From Octopus bimaculoides (Eukaryota), in NCBI RefSeq assembly GCF_001194135.2, contig NC_068987.1, positions 37,894,128-37,944,578 on the forward strand: DNA of 50,451 bases. Reading direction: 5' to 3'. Positions 1 to 11,871 of the stretch are shown here, in pieces. How positions within the stretch are numbered: the stretch's first letter is position 1; each line of letters opens with the position of its first letter. The notes below the pieces were generated by a model. That model ran no database searches. It saw only the letters and a program-made list of their open reading frames with translations, and was not told where the DNA came from. Position numbers and translations under genes: made by a program.

Positions 1-62
<62 letters not shown>

Positions 63-138
63 CAACAGGGCCATAGCCTTAGGGGTGAAACGTATAAAAG
101 AATATTTATATTTATACATATATTCTATACATATGTGT

Positions 139-297
139 ACGGCGGGTTTCTTTCAGTTTCACACTACCAAATTCACTGAAAAGGTTTCGGTCAGCCCAAG
201 GCTATAGTAGACGACACTTGCCCAAGGTTTCACGCATTGAGACTGAACCCGGAACCATGCGGTTGGAAAGCAAGTTTCTTGCCACACAGCCACGCCG
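139..297 (-). mobile_element. tRNA-derived SINE family A, 5' half
   Basis: Reverse complement aligns by eye with 21974-22137 (+) and 40409-40565 (-): GGCGT.GCTGTGTGG...GGTTCAGTC...CCTTGGGCAAGTGTC...GAAAGAA.CCCG.CGT; Pol III A/B-box-like motifs. Confidence 0.85.
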
Positions 298-929
298 ACA
301 TCTATTGTATATACATTTACATATGTAGATACATACGTGCATGCGCTCATGTGCGTGCAGATGCAGGCGTGTGTAAGTATGCGTGCGTGAATATATATAG
401 GTATGAATGAGGATACATTTGGAAATGTATTTGAGATGCGACATACTAATATTACTATGGACATGAGTGGATAAAATAAAATCGAATATGTAGCCACAAA
501 CTATTAATACTTGACTAAACGAAGAGAGAACTTACGATAACTACCGTCAGGTGCAGCTTTCACTATCACATTCAAAAGCGTAAACTGCACCAAATCCAGA
601 CCAATAATGAATTAGTCATATTATAACACCTGCTATATATATAAGCAATAGAAAAAAGTTTACCATTAGACATAGTGAAAATATCTACAACTGTATAATA
701 ACATCGATAAAGTCACAGGATGTGACGAAAAAATTTTCACAAACAATTAATTATTTATTCAATTTGTAAATTAATTAACTAATTATCTAAATAATTGATG
801 ATATAAGTTAAATAAGATACAATTACTAGTTGTTCATTAATTAGCAGCATGAACCTTCCAAAATGTTCCACCACATGATTTCACACCCAGAATCTTACAA
901 ATCAAATATAAAACCTATACTCACTCCAA

Positions 930-930
<1 letters not shown>

Positions 931-964
<34 letters not shown>

Positions 965-1090
965 CTACATACCTGCATACATACATACATGCATACAAAC
1001 ATACGTACATACATATATGCACACAAACATACATACATACATACATGCATACATACATACATACATACATACATACATACATACATACAT
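931..1090. repeat. compound (CA)n/(TACA)n microsatellite
   Basis: Direct reading; also produces spurious ORFs 863-1207 and 895-1086. Confidence 0.95.
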
Positions 1091-1154
1091 AGTTATGTAT
1101 TCATTGCTTTTACATGGGTACACTGTCCCACAAATCAGATGCCGAATTTATCTC

Positions 1155-1250
1155 TGAACAAAGTGCTTTGCTCAAGAACACAATGCACTGGCCCGTCCGT
1201 GAATTGAATCATGTGCAATATTCGAAATGCAGTCCACATGCTCCACACTT
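1155..1250 (-). mobile_element. SINE family C fragment
   Basis: Shares TGCTCAAGAACACAATGC with 3737-3756 and AAGAACACAATGC with 18359-18371. Confidence 0.55.
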
Positions 1251-1917
1251 CTACAATACTAGCCATGTGATTGTCATTGTTTTGATAAATATATACATAT
1301 GTACGCACTATAACTTTATGAATTCAATTCTTTGCGTTAAGTTGTAATTCTTTTTGTTTTGTATGTGGGTACGCAACAATTATCCTATAATTGATTGCTG
1401 CTTATTACTTCGTACGGGATTAGCAGAAGCATTAGAGTATCGAACATGGGAGCTATTTAGTTCCCAATTCATTTCCTTCAGTGTTCAAATTCGATCAAAG
1501 CCAACTTTATTTTCATTATTCTTTAGGTCGATAGTATTAAGTATCAGACAAGTATTCGCTTAGACTTAATCAAGCACCCTTGTATAGATGTTAAATAATA
1601 TTATTTCTTCACAAATACTTATTCGAAACAAACATTCAAATTGTAACTACGATAGTATTTAAAAATAAAAAGGTGAACTCATCAAAGAGAGTTATTTGAA
1701 CTTTAAACTGGATATATATATATATTAAATTTGTTTACGGGAGACGTTTTGAATATGCAAATAAAGCTCCTGTTCAATTATGACGGCCACAGTCGAATAA
1801 TGCTGACTGGTGAACCAGTTTTTTTGAGATTGCATCGAGCTGTACCGATATGATGTAGGATAAAGATAGTAACATAATACCAATAATCCTTGGATGAGAT
1901 TCATAAACATTTAATGC

Positions 1918-2050
1918 CTCGCTACGCGCGTTTACACAAATCACATGTCTCTTAAGATCACAGTCCGTATTCCTGCTTTGAATACAGTGTAGTCCATAGT
2001 ATTCGTGGGCATTGGGTAGAACATCTCCATGAATTCATTACTTCATGCGA
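1918..2050 (-). ncRNA. degenerate type I hammerhead ribozyme (PLE-associated)
   Basis: Minus sense: cgc-aTGAAGt-(~105 nt)-tAAAC-GCGC-GTA-gcg. Stem I cgc/gcg and palindromic stem III ACGCGCGT are intact; the core has 3 substitutions. Lies downstream of the GIY-YIG remnant. Confidence 0.5.
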
Positions 2051-2469
2051 TATAATATTAATGGATGTTTAGCAGAGTTGTTTATTTCTTTTGACCAGTG
2101 CGAAGGTTGATTGAGTTGTGTATTTCTGGGTGTATTTGGTGAGGAAGAGGGGAAGCGATCGAAAGAGAGGAAGGAATGGTAGTTATATGGGAATGGAGGT
2201 GTATGTGGTGATGTTGGACTTATTTTACTATTCAGCCTGCAGATGTCACAGATGGGTAGTACATTCCTTTATTCGATCTCATTTAAGACAGAACTATCTT
2301 CAATGAAGTCTGAAGTAAACAGATCAGCCGGTACAGCCACTACAGTCATCAACCGTTATAGTTCATTGTCTGAATTGATAAATGATACTGTCTTAGGGTG
2401 ACCTTTTGATTGTTTTTGGTGGTACAGTAGTATAGTGTATAACATCCAAAACACTGGTTGGTTGTTTTT

Positions 2470-2870
2470 TTTGTCTGTGTTCCTTCCTTGTCATGATATG
2501 CTAAAGGCGGGTCGATGTTATTCTGCTTCAAAATGTTCTTTTCAAATTCCAGAAACGATGGTTACATGATACGGTCACCTCGGAGTGTCTATTTATCACG
2601 TTTCCCCTAAATGTGATAATTTCCAAGTTTCTTCTAGATTTAAGTTGCATAACCGTGATGTTCCATGGTATGGTATAGCATTTTAATAGACCAGTGAGTC
2701 TTATACTCCACTCCATTCTGTTTGAGATTCCAGATGAGGTTCGATAGTGATGTGGAGTGCCTTTTGTGTATATTAGAAAATGATATGAGATAGTTACACA
2801 GACGATTGTTCATGGTGCCTCCGGTGCCACTAGTGTACAGGAATTTCTGCGTACCTTCCTTCACCTCACA
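2470..2870 (-). mobile_element. Penelope-like element GIY-YIG endonuclease remnant
   Basis: ORF 2640-2864 FLYTSGTGGTMNNRLCNYLISFSNIHKRHSTSLSNLIWNLKQNGVEYKTHWSI matches the PLE YIG...F..R..NH..SF......ST.LS..IW.LK.....Y...WSI pattern and parallels the copies at 24200-24540 and 25513-25803. Confidence 0.8.
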
Positions 2871-3062
2871 TTTGTAAATTACATTCTTTATTAGCTAGTT
2901 GTTGTTAAACCTGAATTCGTCTTTACGTCTACAGTTACATGTGACATTTTTTTTTCGTTCTCCCAGTGGAGTAACTACTGGTGGTCTTCTTTTCTCTTCC
3001 TCCTGTAATCATGTATTCATTTTCTTTATGTATAGATTGAACAGCCAATTGCGATTGCTTCG

Positions 3063-3105
3063 TATACATGTATGTATGTATGTATGTATGTATGTACGTG
3101 TGTGC

Positions 3106-3150
<45 letters not shown>

Positions 3151-3354
3151 NNNNNNNNNNNNNNNNNNNNNNNNNNNNNNNNNNNNNNNNNNNNNNNNNN
3201 NNNNNNNNNNNNNNNNNNNNNNNNNNNNNNNNNNNNNNNNNNNNNNNNNNNNNNNNNNNNNNNNNNNNNNNNNNNNNNNNNNNNNNNNNNNNNNNNNNNN
3301 NNNNNNNNNNNNNNNNNNNNNNNNNNNNNNNNNNNNNNNNNNNNNNNNNNNNNN

Positions 3355-3385
<31 letters not shown>
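3063..3385. repeat. (TATG)n/(TA)n microsatellite spanning N gap 3151-3354
   Basis: Direct reading. Confidence 0.95.
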
Positions 3386-3589
3386 CAGATAGATATCAAT
3401 GATGTCTTTTGATCTTTCCATTTGTAATTGGAATATGAGATTGGTATGTTGTTATTTCATCATGGTGAAACTTAGAAGTTACAGTCGTTTTCAATATTGA
3501 ATAAATATGTATCTTCAGTATTGTGTAACATTTTCAATCAATATATTTATTATTTTAAATACTGAATATGAGAATTAAAAACAAATATC

Positions 3590-3830
3590 GACGGTCCCTT
3601 TCGAGCCACAGGTTCATAAGGCCGTTTTCTTGGATTCTGTGGTATATGTATCCCCACCACATGGACGGGACGCCGACCCGTCACGGGTTACTCATTTTTG
3701 CCAGTTGAATGCTAGAGTAACGTAAATGGAGTGTTTTGCTCAAGAACACAATGCCCAGTCTAAGAATCGAAACCACAATCTTACTATCATGAGTGCAACA
3801 CTCTGACCGCTAAGCCACGCAATTCCATGA
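3590..3830 (-). mobile_element. tRNA-derived SINE family C, near full length
   Basis: Minus sense begins GCGTGGCTTAGCGGTCAGAGTG (A box) ... GGTTTCGATTC (B box) ... CATTGTGTTCTTGAGCAAAACACT; homologous to 18230-18455. Confidence 0.8.
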
Positions 3831-3938
3831 ATATAACATGCTTATCAATTAAACCTGCACACGCATACTCAGACATACACATACACTCACACACACATTC
3901 ACACACACACACGTGCACACACACATAAACACGAACAC

Positions 3939-3995
<57 letters not shown>

Positions 3996-5086
3996 GGTTG
4001 CTCCATCTTCGTAGATGATTGCCGTCTCCTTGTGCTTCATTATTCTCAAAGGTATTTCTGACTTTTATATTTATGACTTTCAGATGAACTGTTCAGGCTA
4101 GTTGCAGATCTGCATGGTTTGAAGCATAGGTCACAGACGGAAGTGGTAACTTAATGTGTATTTCCAAATAGTTAGATCTGCAGACGTCGCTACTCTTCCA
4201 TCACCATAGGAAACTTCAGTGGATGGTATGACAAATGAGGTCACCATAAATTGACATCTGTAGCTCAGTGGGTTATAGTGATAAACGCTTTTGCAACACG
4301 AGTACCACTATTTGAGTCACCATGATTGATTCCTAGTGACAAGCCGAAACGAGGCGACCACTAATCACTTGAAGCTGCAAGTTTTGCATTAAAGTGTCCC
4401 TCTTCTAGACGGATGCTGTGACAACAGCTAGGAGCCCCTCACTCCAAGGGTTTTTACTGCGCGCCCTGACACCAACCAAGGGTATTTTTGCGTTTCCATG
4501 CTCAGATGGAAAGTCATTACATATGTTATTTAACCCATAGCTGGGACCTTGACAAGTGCTACTACTCCATGTCAGATCTGAAAGCAATAGAGACTAAGAG
4601 GTGGTTCCATGCTCCTCAAAACTCTTGAACTCCAGAACCAGATCCCTAGTTTAAACTCATACATGCATACATTCATACATACATCACAAATGAACACAGA
4701 AGATGTAACTGGTATTTTACGCTTATACAATGCACACTGATTGCCGTAATTACGTAAGCCAGTTAGCCCTAATACGCCACACAATACAATCAACTAACTT
4801 GCTCAGCATTATCAGCTTAAAGAAAATTGTAAACTATTACGTACACCAGTGTGTAAATTAAGTAGAGAATAAGTGAGAGGTTAAGAATGCGTTAGAAAGG
4901 AGTGAACTGGGCTGGCGATACGAAAACTATCATAACCACACCTACTCCCTATACACGCTCCGCTAGACACGAACGCACTCAAACACGCTCGCTTATGAAC
5001 ACATACACACATACAGTAAGAAGAGTAGAACAGGAAAGAAGCAGGCTCCAAACAATATAGTTTCAATACTAAGAACAAATTAATAC

Positions 5087-5165
5087 ATATTTTCCGGCAT
5101 ATCAGACGCGCTTTTTTACCAAAAATTTCCCCCAAAAGTCATTGTGCGCCTTGTATGCTGAAGGT
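5087..5165 (+). mobile_element. possible Tc1/pogo-type MITE terminus
   Basis: TA.ATATTTTCCGGCATATCAGACGCGC...GTGCGCCTTGTATG resembles ends of TA-flanked MITEs with a subterminal inverted motif; the partner end was not found. Confidence 0.3.
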
Positions 5166-5835
5166 CAGTCTTGGGCAACGGACAAGTGTTAGTTTTCATG
5201 ATGCAGTAGGCCTATCAGTATCTATTCTTCACTCTAAATATGAAATACCAGCAACATATGACAAACGAATGCCTCTATGGAAACCTACCGAAATTTAGCG
5301 AGAACATCAGGTAAAGGCAGCTGCAACTATCTGGTCACTACGTGCGTTACTCTGAACTGGAAGCATTCAAAGTACTCTTGTGGAAAGTGCCACTAAAAAG
5401 CTATTACTGGCCGTCAACATAGCGCTCATCAAATTCATTGTCAATGTTATATTCAAACATACCCTTCTCATCGGGATCATAATGCCATCTAAGTCAGAGG
5501 TGTCTGCTTCCTCATATTAAGGATTCCTTCTGTGCTCTGGAGGGAATTGCGAAAGCCACATATTTTAAGAGACCGTAAAACTCTCCGTTTATACCGCATT
5601 CCCAACATTTTTTTCATTCACTGGCAAACCTGAGCTATTGTAGGTTTCTACATCCGACCTATTGGTGTTAGTTTATCCCATTCCTCCCGCATCCATTTAT
5701 CCCATTCCTCCCGCATCTAATACATAAAAGGTTTGTTTATTGACACATCGAGGGGTTATACTTGACCTGTTAATCTCCCAGGTTTTACAGCCAGTTGAGT
5801 GTTTAATCTATTTTCTCTGCTATTGGCGGCCTTTA

Positions 5836-6110
5836 TTACATGATTTGTAGCGTCCTTGTGTAGCATCCATTTAACCCGTTTGATAATTTCTTTGTCAGTG
5901 TCCATGTTTCACTTCCATATAAAAGCACTGATTCGACAGATGCAATGTACAACTTGATTTTGATTCGCCTGTGCAATTTGGAATACCAGACCTTCTTTAG
6001 TTTGTGACCTGCGGTCCATGCTTGAGCCTTCCTGACCGTGGTGTCTGCATCCGAACTGCTCACTCAACCACTTCAGTACTTGCAGTTTTCAACAACGTTC
6101 TATTTGGAAC
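5836..6110 (-). mobile_element. RTE-clade LINE RT C-terminal fragment
   Basis: ORF 5836-6063 VRKAQAW...KKVW.SKL...KIKLY.ASVESVLLYGSETWTL is the RTE post-RT motif. Confidence 0.85.
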
Positions 6111-6417
6111 CGCTCAAAACAAACAGAACAAAATAAAGCCAGAATAATTTAGATGTACACTCAGTTGTTTCTTGAATGTTTGAAATTGATGTAATCCCAA
6201 ACATTTTTATAGAAAATTGTGAAGTAAGATTCAATATGCACACATACATACATTCATACATACATACATGCATACACACGGAAAAATATGAGCGTCTGTG
6301 CGCACGGGCGTTTGTGAAATATGTACAAACGCAGACACAGTTTTAATTGATGTATTTATGTATACATACATATGTATGCTGCTTGTATATACATTTATAT
6401 CGTATTTGTGAATGTAC

Positions 6418-6450
6418 TTATATATATATATATATATATATATATAAGAC

Positions 6451-6483
<33 letters not shown>

Positions 6484-6842
6484 NNNNNNNNNNNNNNNNN
6501 NNNNNNNNNNNNNNNNNNNNNNNNNNNNNNNNNNNNNNNNNNNNNNNNNNNNNNNNNNNNNNNNNNNNNNNNNNNNNNNNNNNNNNNNNNNNNNNNNNNN
6601 NNNNNNNNNNNNNNNNNNNNNNNNNNNNNNNNNNNNNNNNNNNNNNNNNNNNNNNNNNNNNNNNNNNNNNNNNNNNNNNNNNNNNNNNNNNNNNNNNNNN
6701 NNNNNNNNNAAGAAGGTTTGAAAATGGAATTTTACATCTTTAAAATTGCATCTTCAAACCTTCTTTCATATATATTTCCACTCGTACGGTATCTTACAAC
6801 TTTACTTTGTTATATATATATATATATATATATATATAAGAC

Positions 6843-6879
<37 letters not shown>

Positions 6880-6897
6880 CATACATACATACATACA

Positions 6898-6928
<31 letters not shown>

Positions 6929-7050
6929 TTGTATGTATGAATAATACGTATATGTGTGGATGTGTGGGTGTAGGTGTGAGTGTGTGTGTGTGGGTGTGGG
7001 TGTGGGTGTGGGTGTGTGCGTGTACAAACACGCACATACAAACACATACA
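6418..7050. repeat. compound (TA)n/(GATA)n/(CATA)n/(GGGTGT)n microsatellites around N gap 6484-6709
   Basis: Direct reading (6418-6483 and 6811-7050). Confidence 0.9.
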
Positions 7051-7149
7051 CATATATGAGTGAGGGAGAATAGGTTTAGATATTTGCTTCATATAAACAA
7101 GCAGACTTGCTATTTTGTTCTTTTCAAATTCTAAAGCGTAGAATTTCGT

Positions 7150-8500
7150 TCCTTGGAGACCTACCGGATATCTTACGTAATTAAAGTAGCCGACTGAGTC
7201 GGTGAGAAGTAATATCCAAGCTGTTTGTCCTGGTCACTGATAGTCGGCACAAACGCACATCAACTACAATATTGGCTTGGAGCAAGTGAAGGGACTCAAT
7301 GGGGTTGAAGAAAGATTTGTAGCGAACTGCAGTTCAGTGTCTATCTCTCAAAAATTGAGGAAGACATATTAAGATATTCACTTTTAAATGCTTTGTGCTC
7401 CCACCAGTCTTCCCGCCATGATGATTTGCGAGGGAAGTCGCCAACAACTGTTAGTGATTAGCCTTAAATAGGGCTATTAGATTAGAGCCAATAAGATTTA
7501 GTTAAAAAATCATCATAGTGAATTCTAGAGTAGATGAAAAGCTATTTACTAACCTAGAATTGCGACTGATATAATGGCCAATTCTTCAATGCCAAGTACG
7601 AAGGTTGCGCTGTGAGCTAGAGCGCATGCTTTAAGATATAAGGGAATGAACATTGTTCGCACTGAACGTTGCGCAGAAGCGCAACGTTCCAATGGAGCAG
7701 CTTTGCAGTGGCACTTCGCTCAACAGTTTGAAAAGGACGGTGAACTAGAGACGGAGTGAACTTTACCATCTATATCGAGGGCTTGCCATACATCTTGAAT
7801 AGCGATGCGAAAGTTCAATAACAGCTGATTAAACACAGGAAGTGATGGCTGGCCTCTCGAGAGAGAAGTCGCCGAGGTTGGATGGTCTGCCTTATGAGCT
7901 ATATCTTCATATACTAGACATGTTGTGGGGGCATCCTAGCAGATATCTACTGCAACTAGCAGCAGAACGGAAGAATTCTCAACTCTGCGAAAATAGGTGG
8001 CTCTGATTCTGAGAAAGAATCCCAGGAAGGGAAAATTATTAACAAATTTAGGCCTGTAACTCTGCTAAATGTTGAATATCCAATTTATCCGCGACAACCT
8101 CCATTTCAACCGGTACATGAAAGAAAGATTGGACAGAGAACCCGGCATGCATGGCACCTTGATCAATTTAGATCAATCGAAAGCTTCTCATATGGTCGAC
8201 CATGAATACTTGGTGGCTATCATGAAAGAGGTTGATTCTGGGCCTGTGTTTAGAAACTGGGTCGCTGCAATAAACAGCAATGTTGGCGGTAATAGGAGGA
8301 AAAATTACCTCGGAGAAATCAGTGAACCTGCAGCTCAACACTTGGAGAGGAATGTCCATTCCAGACAGTACAGTCGTGGAGCGATTGACAGGCGGACAAG
8401 CAGAGGGACCGGTTAAATTGCTTCGGGTTTGGGTTTGGTCCACAACTAGGAAAAGGTGGTCAAGAAATGGGCCGAGAGGAAACTATGCCTAAAGGCACAG
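7150..8500 (+). mobile_element. Tx1/L1-clade LINE ORF2 remnant (linker plus RT start)
   Basis: Manual translation gives KSPRLDGLPYELY (~7866-7905), NKFRPVTLLNVE (~8041-8076) and LINLDQSKASHMVDHEYL (ORF 8069-8416), i.e. SPG.DGLP.EFY / FRPITLLN / DQSKAFDRVDH motifs; multiple stops and frameshifts. Confidence 0.75.
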
Positions 8501-8514
8501 GTGGGTGTGGGTGT

Positions 8515-8680
8515 TCTTTTTTTGATCATTCCTAGTGTTCCTACAATCACTGGTATTGTAACAACCTTGAGATGTCACATTTTTTCAGTTTCAAAGAGCA
8601 ACGCTTTACATTTTCTGAGCTTGTCAAATTTTTTTGCCGAGATTTTATGATCACAAGGAATATTCATCCATTTTTTTAAG
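8515..8680 (-). mobile_element. R4/Dong-type LINE endonuclease C-terminal fragment
   Basis: Minus translation KKFDKLRKCKALLFETEKM*HLKVVTIPVIVGTLGMIK parallels 37930-38040 [31 protein letters not shown]. Confidence 0.6.
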
Positions 8681-8839
8681 CTTTACTGGTTCAGTCTGTA
8701 TGTACTGGCAAGTCTCTAAGAATTGCTACATTTTCTCCCTCAGTTACAGCCAAAGGGTGATGATCATACTGTTTGTCGACAATTTTGATTTTATAACGCC
8801 GACATATTAACCAACGTAGATATTGACCAACTCTGTCAT

Positions 8840-9700
8840 GTCTTGATTTATACTCCACTGATGCCAAAACTTTACAAAATTCCTAACATCGGGCTACAAC
8901 AAATAACCTTAGATACCAAAATCTTTCCTAAGTATCCTTGCAATCCCTAATAACACTGTTTTCTGGAGCTGCACGAAGTTAGGTTTTATGCCTTTTCTTT
9001 TATCCATTTGTTCAAATCTTTAAGTATAGTTCCTAATGCACTTATAACTACAGGGATACATTTTTCCCGCCTATTCCATGGCCTGTATAACTCAATGACT
9101 AGGTTCTGGTACTTTGCTATTTTCTTTATGCTTCTCATATTGACTTTCTCATCATTTGGGACTGTAAAGTCCATTACCTGGCACTTTCTATTCTCTTTGT
9201 CTACCAGGCCTTCTGGCTTCTAGCTTCACTGTCAGTCTGAATCTTAAAATCCCACGTTTTATATTTCTTACTTTCTAGCACTTTACTAAGTTCATATTCA
9301 TACCATTTATCACTATGGTCAAATCTTAGCTTTCTACATAACTCCCAATAGATTATTCTCCCTAGGTTGTCATGTCACTTCTTGTATTTTTTCTGTGCCA
9401 GCATGCTACGTTCACTAACTATATGAGTAACGCTTTCCTCCTTTGATTTACATAACTTACATTTGGAATCTACCTGACTTTTGTCTGTCTGGCCTTTTAT
9501 CCAACTAGTTCTCAGTGTCTGACCTTGTGCTGTTACGAACACATTGTCTGTCTCCCCTTTCAGCCCTCTTTTCTGCAACCACAGCCATGGTTCATTATTA
9601 CTATTTTCTGCAACTATCTTTGCAAATCGAATGCAAAGTCAGATAATGTTGCTTCTTTTTTTTTCTGGTTTTTAACTAATAATTGGCCCTTTTCGTCTAT
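8840..9700 (-). mobile_element. R4/Dong-type LINE 3' part (CCHC + REL endonuclease)
   Basis: ORFs 9375-9578 (GLKGET...AQGQTLRTSWIK...CKLCKSKEESVTHIVSE) and 8986-9174 (DFTVPND...KYQNL.IEL.R.W...IPVVISALGTI). Confidence 0.85.
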
Positions 9701-10568
9701 ACAGACGGTCAATTTAGCTTAGAGGTCACTTAATCGAACATATCAGGCTCTCCTTTTCTTGCAGCTTCTTTCATGGCTGATTCTTCCTATGATTGAAGCG
9801 CAGTTTCTGTCACAGTACTTGCATACCAAGAGGGTGGCTTGGCACTCTGCATTTCTATTGTTTTCCTTTCGCCGCTGACGCTTCTCAACTTGTTTGTTTC
9901 TGTAGCTGCTCTCTAGTGAAGCAGTTCCTTCCTTCACCACAGTCCTTCCTGCTGTTTTGTCCTCAGCCTTCTCTTCCCATGTGCCGACAGCCACCTCACA
10001 CTTGGACAAACTAGTTTTGCAAGTGTTCTTATACTTCAGTTTTGGTCTTCCTCTTGGTCTCTTGCCCTGGGCCAGTTCTCTATAGAGCAGTTGCTTCGGG
10101 ATTCGACGGTCATCCATTCTCTTGACATGCCCCAGCTGTCATGCTTTGAAGATTCGCCTGGGCCCGCACTTCAACATTGGTGACCTCGTCGTGCCACGCT
10201 AGGCCTAAGATCTTGTAGAGGCATCTGAGATGGAAAATGCCGAGGCACCTTTCCTGTCTGTTGTACAAGGTCCATGTTTCAGATCTATAGAGTGTGCTTA
10301 GAACACATGCTTCATAAATCCTGATGTTTGTCTTGATGTCTAAGCTTTTGTTCTTCCATACTCGTTTTGTCAACCTTCCAAAAGTTGTTGCTGCCTTCCC
10401 TATCCTGATGTTAATCTCATCATCAAGTGAAGCAGTAGAGGAAATGGTTGACCCCAGATAGGAGAACCTGTCCACTGTCTCAAGCTCTTTGTCATCAAGC
10501 TTGATGTGGCCTTTCACTGCGCCCTGCTGAGTGAGGATAACTGTCTTCTTTACAATGATAACCCCCAA
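9700..10568 (-). mobile_element. RTE (BovB-like) LINE, 3' part of ORF with C-terminal CxxC-HxxxC finger
   Basis: ORFs 10110-10568 (LETVDRFSYLGSTIS...DDEINIRIGKAATTFGRL..RVW...SETWT) and 9743-10117 (MDDRRIPKQLLY.EL..GKRPRGRPKL.YK...CKYCDRNC...GRISHERSC); one short deletion/frameshift between them. Confidence 0.92.
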
Positions 10569-10739
10569 AAAGTTAAAAGCTTGTTTACTACTTACTGTAT
10601 TGTTTTGAGAGGGTTTCTAGGGATGGTAGAAGAAGGAAGAAAAGAAGAAAGGAAGAAGAGAGAAGAAACATAGAGAATAATAAATAGAAAATCTAAAGAA
10701 AACAAAAATGTCTTCCTGTTTTTTCTTTGCTTTTAGTTC

Positions 10740-10853
10740 TTTCCTTTTGTGACCCTAAAACGCATGAAACCAGGCTCAACGAACTGAAAGGCTTCCTTAC
10801 TATACAAAAATACCCCTTAGACCTAATTAATAAAGGAATTAAAAAGGCGATGG
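10740..10853 (+). mobile_element. Penelope-like element RT thumb fragment
   Basis: CDPKTHETRLNELKGFLTIQKYPLDLINKGIKKA matches the PLE ...RL.EL..FL..R.YP..LI..GI.KA motif; truncated by the gap. Confidence 0.6.
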
Positions 10854-11244
10854 NNNNNNNNNNNNNNNNNNNNNNNNNNNNNNNNNNNNNNNNNNNNNNN
10901 NNNNNNNNNNNNNNNNNNNNNNNNNNNNNNNNNNNNNNNNNNNNNNNNNNNNNNNNNNNNNNNNNNNNNNNNNNNNNNNNNNNNNNNNNNNNNNNNNNNN
11001 NNNNNNNNNNNNNNNNNNNNNNNNNGAATAAGTTCTTTCATTTATTTTATACATATTATTAGCGCTTTCGTTCGTCTTTCGAACTTGTCAAATATAATTC
11101 TGTGAAAATACAGAGATCTTGCTTATTTATATAAAAACAGGCGGTTTTTTTTTGGTGGGGGGGGGTTATAGCAGAACATTGTTTTGCTTTTTTGGTTTTT
11201 TGGGGTGAGGCTTTGGAGACAGTGGAAGATGTATAAGCAGATAG

Positions 11245-11431
11245 ATAGACAGACAGGCAGATAGAGAGATAGATAGATAGACTGATAGTCAGACAGATAG
11301 AGAGATGGATGTGGTAAAAGAGAGAGAGAAGGGCCATTGTATTGAAATGGTCTTTTTTACTATGTTTTTTTTACATGTATATATATATGTGTATATATAT
11401 ATATATGTATGTATATATATGTATATACGTG

Positions 11432-11482
<51 letters not shown>
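11245..11482. repeat. (GATA/GACA)n and (TA)n(TG)n microsatellites
   Basis: Direct reading (11245-11310, 11378-11482). Confidence 0.9.
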
Positions 11483-11485
<3 letters not shown>

Positions 11486-11752
11486 ACTAATTTAGAGACG
11501 AACCACCACTCTACAACTCTGTCAACGAAGAACCCGTGCAAAACCATGCTGTGGGGCATATACCATATCAATATTTATCTAAGATTTTAATCTAAAATTT
11601 TAATAATTTTAATAATATGTAATATACCATATAAAGAAACATTCAACATAAAAATATTAATTTAAAAATCAAAATTATAAATAGGACAGTAAAAATTAAT
11701 ACAATAATATAAAGTGTGAAAGTATAAATGTATAAAAGTCAGTGCTAGTGCA

Positions 11753-11871
11753 TAGACTACGCGCGTTTCATGGCTGAAATAGGACTATATAAAATCATAA
11801 GCAAATTCTATCCAAGGTCATTAGAATGGGGAAATGATTTTACTCCCACAATCAGTCACTCTTCAGGTCAA
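11753..11871 (-). ncRNA. type I hammerhead ribozyme with intact core and long stem II (PLE-associated)
   Basis: Minus sense: ttgac-CTGAAGA-gtgactga-(74 nt)-tcagccat-GAAA-C-GCGC-G-TA-gtcta. Stem I gac/gtc, stem II 7/8 pairs, palindromic stem III ACGCGCGT, GUA cleavage triplet. Confidence 0.8.

Noticed and set aside
3760-3830. tRNA-like heads here and at 14900 and 21974 as tRNA genes
   Set aside because: A/B boxes are present but there is no cloverleaf, and each continues into a multi-copy SINE body.
5672-5717. 22-bp tandem duplication
   Set aside because: Isolated slippage product with no further structure.
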